Virus record (IMG/VR): IMGVR_UViG_3300020172_005639 | Location: 1-64,000 of that record | DNA length: 64,000 nucleotides | Strand: one strand, 5' to 3' | Source of the DNA: a virus | Shown here: positions 37,666-47,841 of the stretch, piece by piece | How the letters are laid out: each line of letters opens with the position of its first letter | Numbering within the stretch: position 1 is the first letter of the stretch | Position numbers and translations under genes: made by a program | Notes under the pieces: generated by a model | The model's input: the letters and a program-made list of their open reading frames with translations, nothing else | Database searches by the model: none | Told to the model about the DNA's origin: nothing

Positions 37666-39143
37666 TGCCACGCCTGATAGACTGCTTCACCTTCCACAAT
37701 GAGACCAACATAGTCTGCTTCAGGATTGCGGAGCTCCGTCATGTTGTCGATACATTCGTTATAGTTGAGGCCACCAAGACGCACTCAGGCGAGGACAAGC
37801 CACTCTATTTTGATCAGATTGCGCACCTCTTCCCCGAAGTCCACATAGAGCGCGTAATCGTGGATGACATGCCAGACGGGCATGATCTCTGGGCGAGGGA
37901 GAAGCACCAGCGACGGTGTATCTCAAGGGGCCTCGACAGGCTTAACCTTTCTGATCATGATGTCATAACCGTCTGCGACGTCGACGAGATACCAGATTCC
38001 AGACTGCTTGAAACAGTCAGGAGGGATGGCGTCAGCGGCATCTGCAGCCTTCAGCAGCAAGCTTATTGCTACAACATCTGCTGCAGAATTATTTGCGATT
38101 ACTACAAAGGCTTCTGGACCCACGCCAAAATCGCCGAATATGCCACGGCAAAGTCTCTAGGCGATTTCGACGCGCTGCGCTTCTTTTCTTCTAGAACCCT
38201 TCCTGATGGCGGCTGGCACTTCAGCTTCTTCGGCGACGCTAATTTCTTCCAAACCAAGATGCGCAGCTATGCGCACCAGGAGCATAACACTCCAGATATA
38301 ACCACGGCCGCAGAGGAGTCCATTCGTCTGATGAGGGACCCTTTCTTAAGGGCAAACCCATCGATATATGCTGACCCGAGCGCAAATCCGTATCTTCCAC
38401 GGAACTGGAAGATGCTCGATCCAACAGACACGAAGAACGTAGATGTGGTCATGCTGTCAAATACCGCCGACGAAGGCATCTATGAGTGCGCCAAGCAGGC
38501 TCTCAGGACGATGAGGGAAGGCAACCCCAGCATTTCCTTCAACGTCATAGTCGTGGAGGGCAATGCAGAGGCAGAGTCTAATGGCTTCGTTCTCGAGGGC
38601 TGCAAATACTTAAGCGTGCCTGGCGAGTTCAACTACAACAGGTCTTTGAACTTCGGACTATCCCATTGCAGAACAGATTACATACTTCAGATAAATAATG
38701 ATATAATATTCGGGGAGAGATCGGTTGAGAATCTCCTCGAAGTCATGGACAGGCATGGCATGCAGTCTGCCTGTCCCTTGGAGCCCAACTACCACAACCG
38801 TGGGATGCCCGGGGTTGAGTCGGAGCCCTTCCACGAAGGCTACACGGTCGGGCAGCATTTGTTCGGTTGGTGCAAGTGCGTCAGGAAGAGGCTGCTGGAC
38901 AAGATCGGGCCATACGACGAGAGGTTTGTCTTCTACTGCCAGGATTGCGACTACGCCGAGGTTCTCCGTCGCGAGGGCGTGAGGCACTATTTGGTGACCA
39001 CATCGCACGTGCAGCATATGTTCGGCACCAGCACTAGGTTGATAAAGGAAAACAGGGAGAAATACTTGGCCAATCCCAGGCAGGTTTTTCAAGACAAGTG
39101 GGGCAAGCTTCCCGACGCCGTTTTTTATAGAAGTGGAGCCTAG
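37665..39143 (+). CDS. GT17 + GT2 fusion glycosyltransferase
   Basis: N-terminal DCFTFHNE/DVDEIP/GGWHFSF; C-terminal FNYN/NND/GPYDERF..QD-DY. Confidence 0.85.
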   Translation: MPRLIDCFTFHNETNIVCFRIAELRHVVDTFVIVEATKTHSGEDKPLYFDQIAHLFPEVHIERVIVDDMPDGHDLWAREKHQRRCISRGLDRLNLSDHDVITVCDVDEIPDSRLLETVRRDGVSGICSLQQQAYCYNICCRIICDYYKGFWTHAKIAEYATAKSLGDFDALRFFSSRTLPDGGWHFSFFGDANFFQTKMRSYAHQEHNTPDITTAAEESIRLMRDPFLRANPSIYADPSANPYLPRNWKMLDPTDTKNVDVVMLSNTADEGIYECAKQALRTMREGNPSISFNVIVVEGNAEAESNGFVLEGCKYLSVPGEFNYNRSLNFGLSHCRTDYILQINNDIIFGERSVENLLEVMDRHGMQSACPLEPNYHNRGMPGVESEPFHEGYTVGQHLFGWCKCVRKRLLDKIGPYDERFVFYCQDCDYAEVLRREGVRHYLVTTSHVQHMFGTSTRLIKENREKYLANPRQVFQDKWGKLPDAVFYRSGA

Positions 39144-39818
39144 ATGCACGATACCGCAGAATCCAACTCAAAAAGGTTCATTGACGCGTATGTCAAGCTG
39201 CCAGGCCTGATGGTTGATATTGGCTCTCGCTTGGTCGCAAACGCCAAAACCTCTTTCTGCATACGCCACGCAACTCCGGAGTTCGTCGATTACGTCGGCG
39301 TTGACTTCCAAGCTGGAGATAATGTCGATCTGGTCATTGAGGACGGATGCAAGCTTCCGTTCGATGACGGGAGCGTCGACTATGTCGTCAGCAGCTCTTG
39401 CTTTGAGCACGCCGAACACTTCTGGCTCACATACTTGGAGGCTATGAGGATCTTGAAGCCGTCGGGTGTTCTTTATGTCTGCGCCCCATCCAACGGTCCT
39501 TGGCACAGGTTTCCGGTTGACTGCTGGAGATTCTACCCAGATAGCGCATCCTCTCTAGTTTCTTGGGGCAAGAAGAATGCCTTGAACAACTTGCTTCTTG
39601 AACAGTTCACCTCCTATGTGGTAGGAGATGTGTGGGAGGACTATGTTTTCGTCGTCCTCAAGGATGGCAAACAGATCGAGTCCCACCCAAGGAGAATACT
39701 TGACAACTTGACTGACTTCAAAAACGGCAGCGCCCATCCCCATCAAAATTTCCTTAATGTTAATGAGGGTTGGAATTTCTGGCTGCGAGCCCACAATGAG
39801 ATCATGAGAAGGAAGTAG
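39144..39818 (+). CDS. class I SAM-dependent methyltransferase (type 11)
   Basis: VDIGS, YVGVD, SSSCFEH, LKPSG, HRFPVDCWRFYPD. Confidence 0.85.
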   Translation: MHDTAESNSKRFIDAYVKLPGLMVDIGSRLVANAKTSFCIRHATPEFVDYVGVDFQAGDNVDLVIEDGCKLPFDDGSVDYVVSSSCFEHAEHFWLTYLEAMRILKPSGVLYVCAPSNGPWHRFPVDCWRFYPDSASSLVSWGKKNALNNLLLEQFTSYVVGDVWEDYVFVVLKDGKQIESHPRRILDNLTDFKNGSAHPHQNFLNVNEGWNFWLRAHNEIMRRK

Positions 39819-39865
39819 CTCTCAAAAGCCTAGCGCATATCCCCATACAATGGTGAGGGGGGTAT

Positions 39866-41257
39866 ATGCGAAACATCTACACTGAATTCTTGGACAAGGT
39901 AAAAAAAACCGATTTGGATATTGCGATCATAGGCGACGCTATGGTCGATGAGTATAGGCAAGTAGACATCAAGGGCATTTCCCCAGAGTTCCCGATCCCC
40001 GTCATGCGCGCACACGGCGAATCGCGCCTGCTTCCCGGTGGAGCAGCAAACGTCGCATATCAATTTGCAGGTTTCGGCAAGAAGGCCCCGCTGTATGCGT
40101 TTGTGGACTCGGAGGCTTCGACCGTGCTGGGTCAGTGCGGCGTCGACTTGAATCCATCACATGAGATTCCAACTCGGATACCTAGAAAGCAGCGTTTTTA
40201 CTGCGGCGACTTCCCTCTGACTAGGCTTGACATGGAGCAGGATGGCTACGGCCTTGTGCCCGAAGTACTTTGCCAGACTGCGAACGTTCTGTTCAGGTCG
40301 CTGCTGGACTATCGGTGCGTGATCTTTTCGGACTATGACAAAGGCGTTTTAAGGTATGCCACCCCAGAGCTGATACGGCGTTTCCCCATCTCAATCGTTG
40401 ACCCCAAGAACGGCAACCTTGAGCGATGGAGGGGCTGCACGGTCTTCAAGCCCAACGAGGCCGAGGCCTTGAGGCTGAGTGGCAAGAAGTGCGTTGTCGA
40501 GGCCGGAAAATACCTGAGCTCGTTTTTGGGCTCCAGCGTTGTGATCACGCAGGCCGGCAAGGGGGTCATGGTTTTCTGCGAAGGGCGCGACCCTGTCGTG
40601 GTGGCACCGCCCAGCAGGCTCGGTCGGCCCGAGTCAGTCATTGGCGCAGGCGACTGCTTCGTTGCTTTCCTGGCCATGTCTCTCTGCTGCGGATTCGACC
40701 TGCTGGAATCCGTGGAGATCGCATTCAGGGCGGGCACTATCTACGTCCGCAACAAGCACAATGAGCCTTTATCCCCGAGGAGGTTTCTGGCCGACGTCGA
40801 TCCCCTCGCTTCAAAGGTGATTGCAGAGGAGGATATACCACGAATTTTCTCGCAGCGCGACTACAGGCTGGTCTTCACCAATGGGTGCTACGATATGCTG
40901 CACCGTGGCCATGTGCACGGATTCCAGCATGTCCAGTCAACAGGGAGGCTGATTGTTGCCGTTAACGACGATGAGAGCGTTAGGGGTCTCAAGCCTGGCA
41001 GGCCCGTCCAGAGTCTTGAGGAAAGGTTGGAGATGGTGGCTTCTTGCCAGTTTGTGGACTTCGTGATTCCATTCAGCGATCCGACCCCTGAGCGGCTCAT
41101 TAGGCTGATCATGCCTGATGCGGTAGCAAAGGGCGAGGAGTATGCGGAGAGCGAGATAGTCGGGTTCGGCATAGCGCCTGAAATAATCAGGATACCCATG
41201 CTGAAGGGATTCTCCACGTCATCCCTGCTGGACAGGCTTTCGGCCAGAGCGAGATGA
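39866..41257 (+). CDS. hldE: bifunctional heptose-7-phosphate kinase / heptose-1-phosphate adenylyltransferase
   Basis: GDAMVDEY, ISPE-PIPV, GGAANVA, SDYDKG, KPN, GAGD; FTNGCYDMLHRGH, N-DESV, STS. Confidence 0.9.
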   Translation: MRNIYTEFLDKVKKTDLDIAIIGDAMVDEYRQVDIKGISPEFPIPVMRAHGESRLLPGGAANVAYQFAGFGKKAPLYAFVDSEASTVLGQCGVDLNPSHEIPTRIPRKQRFYCGDFPLTRLDMEQDGYGLVPEVLCQTANVLFRSLLDYRCVIFSDYDKGVLRYATPELIRRFPISIVDPKNGNLERWRGCTVFKPNEAEALRLSGKKCVVEAGKYLSSFLGSSVVITQAGKGVMVFCEGRDPVVVAPPSRLGRPESVIGAGDCFVAFLAMSLCCGFDLLESVEIAFRAGTIYVRNKHNEPLSPRRFLADVDPLASKVIAEEDIPRIFSQRDYRLVFTNGCYDMLHRGHVHGFQHVQSTGRLIVAVNDDESVRGLKPGRPVQSLEERLEMVASCQFVDFVIPFSDPTPERLIRLIMPDAVAKGEEYAESEIVGFGIAPEIIRIPMLKGFSTSSLLDRLSARAR

Positions 41258-41260
41258 TGT

Positions 41261-41590
41261 TCAGGAGGGGATGCAAGCCTCGCACTTGCACCCCTCGCAG
41301 CATTGGTGCCCTGGGCAGCAGGAGCATGGGTCGCTATGAATCTTGAAGCACTTGCAGCAGTTTTTCGTGAGTCCGCAGCCCTTGCAACTTTTGCAGCTTT
41401 TGCAGCATATGCCGAGCTTTGAGCAAAAACAGCCATTTCCGCAACATTCGCAGCCGCAGTCGCATGGGACGCATGACTTCTTGATATAGATTTTTTTCTT
41501 CGTAAACCTCGCCTTGAAAATCTCAAACAGCGCCATGCCCGCAGCCACCGCAGATGAGATGGTCAGGAACTCTATCATGGCTTGTATCAT
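41261..41590 (-). CDS. metallothionein-like Cys-rich protein with hydrophobic N-terminus
   Basis: CxC/CC-dense C-terminal ~70 aa. Confidence 0.55.
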   Translation of the reverse strand: MIQAMIEFLTISSAVAAGMALFEIFKARFTKKKIYIKKSCVPCDCGCECCGNGCFCSKLGICCKSCKSCKGCGLTKNCCKCFKIHSDPCSCCPGHQCCEGCKCEACIPS

Positions 41591-41636
41591 GCGCACCCCT
41601 ATGAAATGCTGTTTTATCACAAATATATAATCTGTC

Positions 41637-41918
41637 ATGGCTCAAAGAAAGAAGCACTTGGTCAACAAAGTCGCCAAGAAGCGATTTGATGGGAAGTGCA
41701 AGTTCTGTTCGTGTGATGTCTATGAGCTTCTTGATTTGCACCGGATCAAGGAGGGGTGTGACGGCGGGGCTTACACGGAGCCGAACACCGTCACTTGCTG
41801 TGCGAACTGCCACAGGCTGATACATGCCGGATATATAAAACTAGACAGGAAGTACCCCACTGTTTCGGGCAATTGGGTTCTTCACTACTGGATTGATGGG
41901 GTGGAGCACTATGACTGA
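41637..41918 (+). CDS. HNH endonuclease
   Basis: CKFC, LHRI, GG-Y...N...CANCHR-IH. Confidence 0.8.
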   Translation: MAQRKKHLVNKVAKKRFDGKCKFCSCDVYELLDLHRIKEGCDGGAYTEPNTVTCCANCHRLIHAGYIKLDRKYPTVSGNWVLHYWIDGVEHYD

Positions 41919-41926
41919 AGGCCGAA

Positions 41927-42112
41927 ATGAAGACTTTTGAGGAATTCCTTAACGAGAGGGCCAAACCCCCTGGCTCCTTCACAAAGGCAAACAGCCCGAA
42001 CCGACTTCTGGCCAGGGGCGCATCGAGGCCTGCGTCCCCAACCAGACCCAAGTACGCTGGGCTGGCCATCACGAAAGTCTACCCTGTCGCTAAATTCGGC
42101 CGCACACTCTGA
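41927..42112 (+). CDS. small protein with T4 CTS-like N-terminus MKTFEEFLNE
   Basis: 61 aa ORF. Confidence 0.6.
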   Translation: MKTFEEFLNERAKPPGSFTKANSPNRLLARGASRPASPTRPKYAGLAITKVYPVAKFGRTL

Positions 42113-42118
42113 TATCTC

Positions 42119-42709
42119 ATGGGTGTTTCGTATACAGGTGACGGCCTCACGGTCTTGATTTCATGCGACTGGATCGCCCAGCACGACTGGATGACATTCA
42201 TTTGCTGGCATTCTGTCCAGCAGAGTCTGCCAGACAGCAGGCTGCTGCTGGCTTGCAATCGGACAAAGATGGACTGCCACATGCTGACTTGGGCAAAGAG
42301 GGCCGGCGTGCCTATCATGACCAACAGGGCGGCCAGCCAATTCAATCAGGCAGACTGGGCCAGGGAAAGATTTGGAATTGACGGGCCCATTGTTGTCGCC
42401 CGCCCAGATGTCGCCTGCGTCAGGGATTTCGATGAGGCTGGGTTTGACAAGAATTCACTCGAGCGCACTCTGCTGCTTGATTTTTCGGGCGATCTTTGCA
42501 GCCCTGTCAAACAGGAAAATCCTACCGTATTCGTTAATTACCGTGACGGTTGGGGCAACTTTGTACCTTTTGAGTGGATAAATAGTGTCGAGCCTCCTTT
42601 GCTCGCCCGACGCGACTTCGGTTCCGTCGGAATGAGCTCCAACGAGGTGCGGATCTCGAGGCTGTGGAATTCGGCCGCCCTTTTGTACAAGACTTTATCA
42701 AGGGGATGA
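42119..42709 (+). CDS. hypothetical protein
   Basis: 196 aa ORF. Confidence 0.65.
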   Translation: MGVSYTGDGLTVLISCDWIAQHDWMTFICWHSVQQSLPDSRLLLACNRTKMDCHMLTWAKRAGVPIMTNRAASQFNQADWARERFGIDGPIVVARPDVACVRDFDEAGFDKNSLERTLLLDFSGDLCSPVKQENPTVFVNYRDGWGNFVPFEWINSVEPPLLARRDFGSVGMSSNEVRISRLWNSAALLYKTLSRG

Positions 42710-42710
42710 T

Positions 42711-42986
42711 ATGAGAAGATTTGACTATGACGACAACGATGAGTTCCGTGAGGACGTCGATCGCTTCCTGAACGACAATGTCGACAAGTATGAGCAACTC
42801 GTGCAGGAAGAAATAGCGATGCAGGAGGCCCAGCTCGACATTGCGCACAGGGAAATCAACGTCAAGATTTTCAGGACTGCGATTCGCGTCTGCGAGAAGT
42901 CTTGGTTCTGGCCTTTTTACTCGCTCAACACTCGCTTGAAGATGATACATGAAACTGTCAAGCGCCTGAAAAAGCTCAACGACTGA
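42711..42986 (+). CDS. hypothetical protein
   Basis: 91 aa ORF, RBS AGGGG. Confidence 0.6.
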   Translation: MRRFDYDDNDEFREDVDRFLNDNVDKYEQLVQEEIAMQEAQLDIAHREINVKIFRTAIRVCEKSWFWPFYSLNTRLKMIHETVKRLKKLND

Positions 42987-43010
42987 TTCAGGGTGCAGAA
43001 GAGGTGCAAT

Positions 43011-43346
43011 TTGCCGAATTTCTCTTTCTCATGCAAGAAGTGTTCTGCCAACTACTCGGACATAGTTCCGTTTGACCCGACGGGCAAGTACAAGGATGTG
43101 GCTTGCCCACGGTGCAAAAGCAAATCGAAGGTCAAGCTTATGACTACTTGCTCCTTCGCATTCGCTCAGCCCGAGGGGACTGACAAGTGGAACAGCGACT
43201 CGGCTGGTCATGACTATAGGTTCAAGCACAAGCTGCCTCAGGTGATTGAGGAGCGTAAGAACGCAGAACTCGCAAACCAAGGCGCGCTACCTTACAACCA
43301 GATAGACGATCTCGGCGACGACACTAACTGGGGTGACGTGAAGTAG
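43011..43346 (+). CDS. FmdB-like zinc-ribbon protein
   Basis: (M)PNFSFSCKKC...CPRCKS pattern. Confidence 0.7.
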   Translation: MPNFSFSCKKCSANYSDIVPFDPTGKYKDVACPRCKSKSKVKLMTTCSFAFAQPEGTDKWNSDSAGHDYRFKHKLPQVIEERKNAELANQGALPYNQIDDLGDDTNWGDVK

Positions 43347-43371
43347 TGGTCGATATGATTAAATTTTTAAG

Positions 43372-43400
43372 AACCTAGCCTCACAGGCTAGGTTTTTTGT
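43372..43400 (+). terminator. rho-independent terminator
   Basis: AACCTAGCC-TCACA-GGCTAGGTT followed by TTTT. Confidence 0.75.
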
Positions 43401-43455
43401 TTTGATATGGCCTTATAATGCTTACAAGGGCTGTCGATAATTTGGGGGTTTGCAC

Positions 43456-45534
43456 ATGATCAGCGTATTCAAGAAAGTCGTCGGCGGGTTTGACCGAGCA
43501 TCGTTCCTTAACCTGAACACAGAGATGAGCTTCGCTGAGTATCTGGAGTTCTGCTATCAGAAACCTAGGCTGCTGCGAAACTCCTGGCAGATTATCTTCG
43601 ACATGATCACCGAGAAGGGCAGCGTGACGGTCGAGGAGTATCGCAAGACATACCAGAATTACAAGTTCTTCGACGATCCTGATTGCCCGATCATTGGCTT
43701 GGTCCCCATGAAGGACGCCATCGTCAAGTTTATCAAGGGGGCCGCAGGAGGCTACGGAACGGAGAAACGCATACTGCTGCTGCATGGCCCCGTGGGCAGC
43801 TCGAAGTCAACTTTGTGCAGACTAATTAAGCGCAGCATGGAGAAATACTCAAGGACCGACGCAGGGGCTTGGTATTCCTTTAAGTGGGTTAACTTGCCAA
43901 CAGGCGCCGAGGGAATCTACACGGATTCCGAGTGCTTCTGCCCGATGCACGAGCAGCCCCTGAAGCTCTTGCCCATCGATCTGCGCCGTGGCGTCATGGT
44001 CGAGTTAAACGCCATCCATGAGAAGCAGGTGGTTGAGGAGAAGCGCGCAGACCTTTACACCCTGAAGTGCGAGGACGAGCTCGACCCGCTCTGCAAGAGG
44101 TTCATGAGTCTTCTTCTCAAGAAGTACGAGGGCGACCTCGAAAAAGTCCTTGAGAACCATGTTCGCGTCGTCCGCAAGGTCTACAGCGAGGCCGACCGCT
44201 GCGGCATCGCAACTTTCCAGCCGAAGGACGAGAAAAACCAGGACAGCACAGAACTCACTGGCGACCTGAACTTCCGCCAGATCGGCAACTTCGGCAGCGA
44301 CTCCGACCCGAGGGCCTTCAGCTTCGACGGCGAGTTCTGCGTAGGCAACCGTGGGATCATCGAGTTCATTGAGGCTCTCAAGCTCGATACCGCCTTCCTC
44401 TACGACCTCCTTGGCGCAAGCCAGGAGCAGAGCATCAAGCCGAAGAAGTTCAGCCAGGTCAGCATCGACGAGGCGATTATCGCTCACACGAATGACCCGG
44501 AGTTTCAGAAGCTCAAGAGCAACCAGTACATGGAGGCTTTCAGGGACCGGACCACCAAGATTGATGTCCCATACACGCTGAAGTGGTCCGAGGAGTTGAA
44601 GATTCTTGAGAAGGACTACGGCCCAGGCAAGGTGCGCCAGCACATTGCCCCCCACACCTTGGAGATCGCCGCCCTATGGAGCATCCTCACACGCCTCGAG
44701 GACGACAAGGACGGCAAGCTCTCACTTGTTGAGAAGGCCGAACTCTATGACGGCAAGCTTCTGCCTGGCTGGACTGAGGACTCCGTGAAGGAGCTCAAGG
44801 ACAAGTGCCCCGACGAGGGAATGCAGGGCGGGGTGAGCGTCCGATACCTACAGGACAAGATCAGCAACTGCCTGTCAAACAACCATGACTACGTCAACAT
44901 GTTCATGGTCCTCAACGAGTTGCGCGACGGCCTCGAACACAGCTCGCTGCTGACCAACAAGGAGCAGGTCAGCCGCTTCATCACCTGCATAGACCTAGCT
45001 CTGAAGAAGCTGACCGAAATCCTTAAGACGGAGGTGCAAAAGGCACTTGTGGGCGACGAAGAAGCAATCAAGAGGCTGTGCGCCAACTATATCGACAATG
45101 TAATGGCCTATATCTCCAAGAGCAAGATCAAGGACTTGATCACGGGCCAGGATCGAAAGCCTGACGAGAGACTGATGCGGGCCATAGAGGAGAAGATCCA
45201 GATTCCCGATACTGGCTGCGATGACTTCCGCAGGCAGATATCCTCTTTCATCGGGCACCTCGCCCATGAAGGCAAGAGCTTCCATTGGGACAGCAACCCG
45301 AAACTGCGCAAAGCCCTAGAGGCCAAGCTATTTGAGGATGTCAAAGACACCATCAAGCTGTCTGCTCTAAACGTGAGCGGAGCAACGGTCGTCGACAAGG
45401 ACATTCAAGAGAAGATCGATGCAGTCAAGACAAGGCTCATCAAGAAGTATGGCTACAACGAGCGCAGCGCCACGGATGTCCTCGATTTCGTCGGGGGCAT
45501 ATTCGCACGGGGCGACCTCGCCGAAGACGAGTAA
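43456..45534 (+). CDS. prkA: PrkA/YeaG family AAA+ serine protein kinase
   Basis: [54 protein letters not shown]. Confidence 0.93.
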   Translation: MISVFKKVVGGFDRASFLNLNTEMSFAEYLEFCYQKPRLLRNSWQIIFDMITEKGSVTVEEYRKTYQNYKFFDDPDCPIIGLVPMKDAIVKFIKGAAGGYGTEKRILLLHGPVGSSKSTLCRLIKRSMEKYSRTDAGAWYSFKWVNLPTGAEGIYTDSECFCPMHEQPLKLLPIDLRRGVMVELNAIHEKQVVEEKRADLYTLKCEDELDPLCKRFMSLLLKKYEGDLEKVLENHVRVVRKVYSEADRCGIATFQPKDEKNQDSTELTGDLNFRQIGNFGSDSDPRAFSFDGEFCVGNRGIIEFIEALKLDTAFLYDLLGASQEQSIKPKKFSQVSIDEAIIAHTNDPEFQKLKSNQYMEAFRDRTTKIDVPYTLKWSEELKILEKDYGPGKVRQHIAPHTLEIAALWSILTRLEDDKDGKLSLVEKAELYDGKLLPGWTEDSVKELKDKCPDEGMQGGVSVRYLQDKISNCLSNNHDYVNMFMVLNELRDGLEHSSLLTNKEQVSRFITCIDLALKKLTEILKTEVQKALVGDEEAIKRLCANYIDNVMAYISKSKIKDLITGQDRKPDERLMRAIEEKIQIPDTGCDDFRRQISSFIGHLAHEGKSFHWDSNPKLRKALEAKLFEDVKDTIKLSALNVSGATVVDKDIQEKIDAVKTRLIKKYGYNERSATDVLDFVGGIFARGDLAEDE

Positions 45535-45546
45535 CAGGAGGCACCC

Positions 45547-45762
45547 ATGAACAATCCGTGGCTCATAAGCGCGTCCAAAAAGAAGATGTTTGAGGAGATC
45601 GACCAAATCGCCCTCAACATCTGGGGGCAGGACGGCACGCTCAGCGACTTTTTCGCGTCCCTGACTGACGAGCAGACTGATTTTCTCTTCGCCATGAAGA
45701 TTAAGGACTTCGCAAGCGACCCAATGGACCTGTCCTGCGGGTTTGAGCTTATACAACCGTGA
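45547..45762 (+). CDS. hypothetical protein
   Basis: 71 aa ORF with strong RBS AGGAGG. Confidence 0.6.
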   Translation: MNNPWLISASKKKMFEEIDQIALNIWGQDGTLSDFFASLTDEQTDFLFAMKIKDFASDPMDLSCGFELIQP

Positions 45763-45769
45763 GGTCGAA

Positions 45770-46594
45770 GTGAAGCATAATCTGCTGCTGGGAAACTCCA
45801 AGGGCTACAGCCTCGGGCAAATCAGGAACTGGCTGGTCAGCGCAATCAGGCACAGGGGCTCCTACGACATAGGCCTGCTGCTCTGCGACAATGACGCCGA
45901 GATTCTAGACTTCTGCGACGCTCACGGAGTCTATGTCTACCCCCACTTCGACCTCGCCGTGAGCGGGCAGGAATACTACTTTGCAAGGTGCGGCCTAGTT
46001 TCTGAAACCTTGAAGAAGGCTTCGACCACATATGTTCTTGCGACAGATATTAGGGATGTGGTTTTCCAGCGCGACCCCTTTCCCGATTTTATGCAGGCCC
46101 TCAATTACAAGAAGGGCGTCCTTACATCCGAGAATATTCTCTTGAGGGACGAACCTTGGAACATTAAGGTCTATAAAGAGATATACGGCGAGGAGAGTTT
46201 TGACGCCGTGAGTGACAAGGAGGTAATCAACAGCGGCGTTGTTTTTGGCGAGTCTATGTTTCTTTCAGAGATATTTATGATGCTGCAGGACGCAGCTAGG
46301 ATGCCGAACGCATGGGCAGAGCAGCCAGTGCTCAACCATCTTTATCACCAGTTCAGCATCATCAGGGACAACTTCAGCCTCGCAAATGCTGACGACAGGC
46401 TGGTTGCCCATATCGGCGTTTCGGGTCCGACCAATTGGTGGGAGTCATGGAACTTCAAGAAAAATCTTATTCGGGGCAGATCCGAGATTTGCGACGGCAT
46501 AATCACCGACGCGCATGGTGAGGCTTTTGCCATAGCCCACCAGTATGACAGAGTGGATGAATGGCGTCAGCAGGTCGATGCCATTTACGCCTGA
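45770..46594 (+). CDS. glycosyltransferase-like protein
   Basis: TDIRDVVFQRDPF, INSGV, EQ-VLN, HQYDR. Confidence 0.65.
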   Translation: MKHNLLLGNSKGYSLGQIRNWLVSAIRHRGSYDIGLLLCDNDAEILDFCDAHGVYVYPHFDLAVSGQEYYFARCGLVSETLKKASTTYVLATDIRDVVFQRDPFPDFMQALNYKKGVLTSENILLRDEPWNIKVYKEIYGEESFDAVSDKEVINSGVVFGESMFLSEIFMMLQDAARMPNAWAEQPVLNHLYHQFSIIRDNFSLANADDRLVAHIGVSGPTNWWESWNFKKNLIRGRSEICDGIITDAHGEAFAIAHQYDRVDEWRQQVDAIYA

Positions 46595-46626
46595 AGTCGC
46601 ACTGGGTTTTATTGAGGAATCAAAAC

Positions 46627-47832
46627 ATGTGTCCCAGAAGAATAGAAGAGGATCACAAAGACTTTCGCGACGTAGTTTCCGGGCGAATCCGTAGGGAGCT
46701 GAAGAAGTTCATCAAGAGCGGCCAGATAGTCCGTAAGAGGGGCAAGAACGGCAAGATCAGCATCAGCATACCGAAGATCGACATCCCCCACATAGTGTAT
46801 GGCTCAAACGGCGAGGGCGCAGGCCGTGGCCCAGGCCAGGAGGGCGACGTAATCGGGAAGGATCCGGCCAAAGGCAAGGGGAATGGCGCCGGACAGGGCG
46901 AGTCAGAGGGCATCATCATCAACTTGACCCTTGAGGATGTCCTCAAGTTCATGCAGGACGAGCTTCAGCTCCCGAACCTCAAGAGGAAGCCCAATGAAAT
47001 TTACGACGAGGTCAAGATCAAGTACAACAAGATCAGCCTCATCGGCCCCGAATCGCTGCGCCACAACCGCCGGACTCTGATGCAGACATTGAAGCGTCAG
47101 GCCGCCGAGGGAACGCTCGACAAGCTTGAACACGTGCCTGGGCTGAAGGATGCCGTTCGCATCCTCCGCCCCATCAGCGAGGACAAGAGGTACAGGCAGT
47201 ACAACGAGATCAAGCTTCCGTCCAGCAACGCCCTCATCGTGTTTGCGCGCGACGGCTCTGGCTCTATGGATGAGGCGAAGTGTTCCATCGTCAGCGACAT
47301 GGCTTGGTGGATAGACACCTGGATACGCAGGTTCTATGAACGGGTGGACAGGTTGTATGTCTGGCACGACAGCACGGCTATGGAGGTCGACGAGGACAAG
47401 TTTTACAAGTACAGGTTCGGCGGCGGCACGACTTGCTCCTCGGCCCTGAAGTTCATCACCAAGCAGTTTGAGAACAGGTACACGCCGGACAAGTGGAATG
47501 TCTATGTTTTCTACTTCACGGATGGCGAGAACTGGGGCGAAGACAACGAGGTCTTCATCAACACACTCGCAGACGATTTCAAGCCTCACGTGGTGAACTT
47601 CACGGGCATCACTCAGATACTCGCTGCCAGCTACTCTGACTCAGTCAAGTACCATGTGGATGAGGCGATCAAAAGCGGCAGGCTGGACGGTGACTGCGTC
47701 AGGACAGTATCGATCGGCGGTGCTACGGACAACAAGTCTGCGTGGTCTATTTCCTCGCTGAGCGAGGACAACCGTAACCAGCAGATCATCGAGGCGATCC
47801 AGCAACTTCTTGGGAACCCCGCAAGGGCTTAG
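46627..47832 (+). CDS. yeaH: YeaH/YhbH (DUF444) vWA-domain protein
   Basis: Gly-rich linker, MIDAS DGSGS, GGT-CSS, FTDGEN. Confidence 0.88.
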   Translation: MCPRRIEEDHKDFRDVVSGRIRRELKKFIKSGQIVRKRGKNGKISISIPKIDIPHIVYGSNGEGAGRGPGQEGDVIGKDPAKGKGNGAGQGESEGIIINLTLEDVLKFMQDELQLPNLKRKPNEIYDEVKIKYNKISLIGPESLRHNRRTLMQTLKRQAAEGTLDKLEHVPGLKDAVRILRPISEDKRYRQYNEIKLPSSNALIVFARDGSGSMDEAKCSIVSDMAWWIDTWIRRFYERVDRLYVWHDSTAMEVDEDKFYKYRFGGGTTCSSALKFITKQFENRYTPDKWNVYVFYFTDGENWGEDNEVFINTLADDFKPHVVNFTGITQILAASYSDSVKYHVDEAIKSGRLDGDCVRTVSIGGATDNKSAWSISSLSEDNRNQQIIEAIQQLLGNPARA

Positions 47833-47841
47833 GGGGACGCA

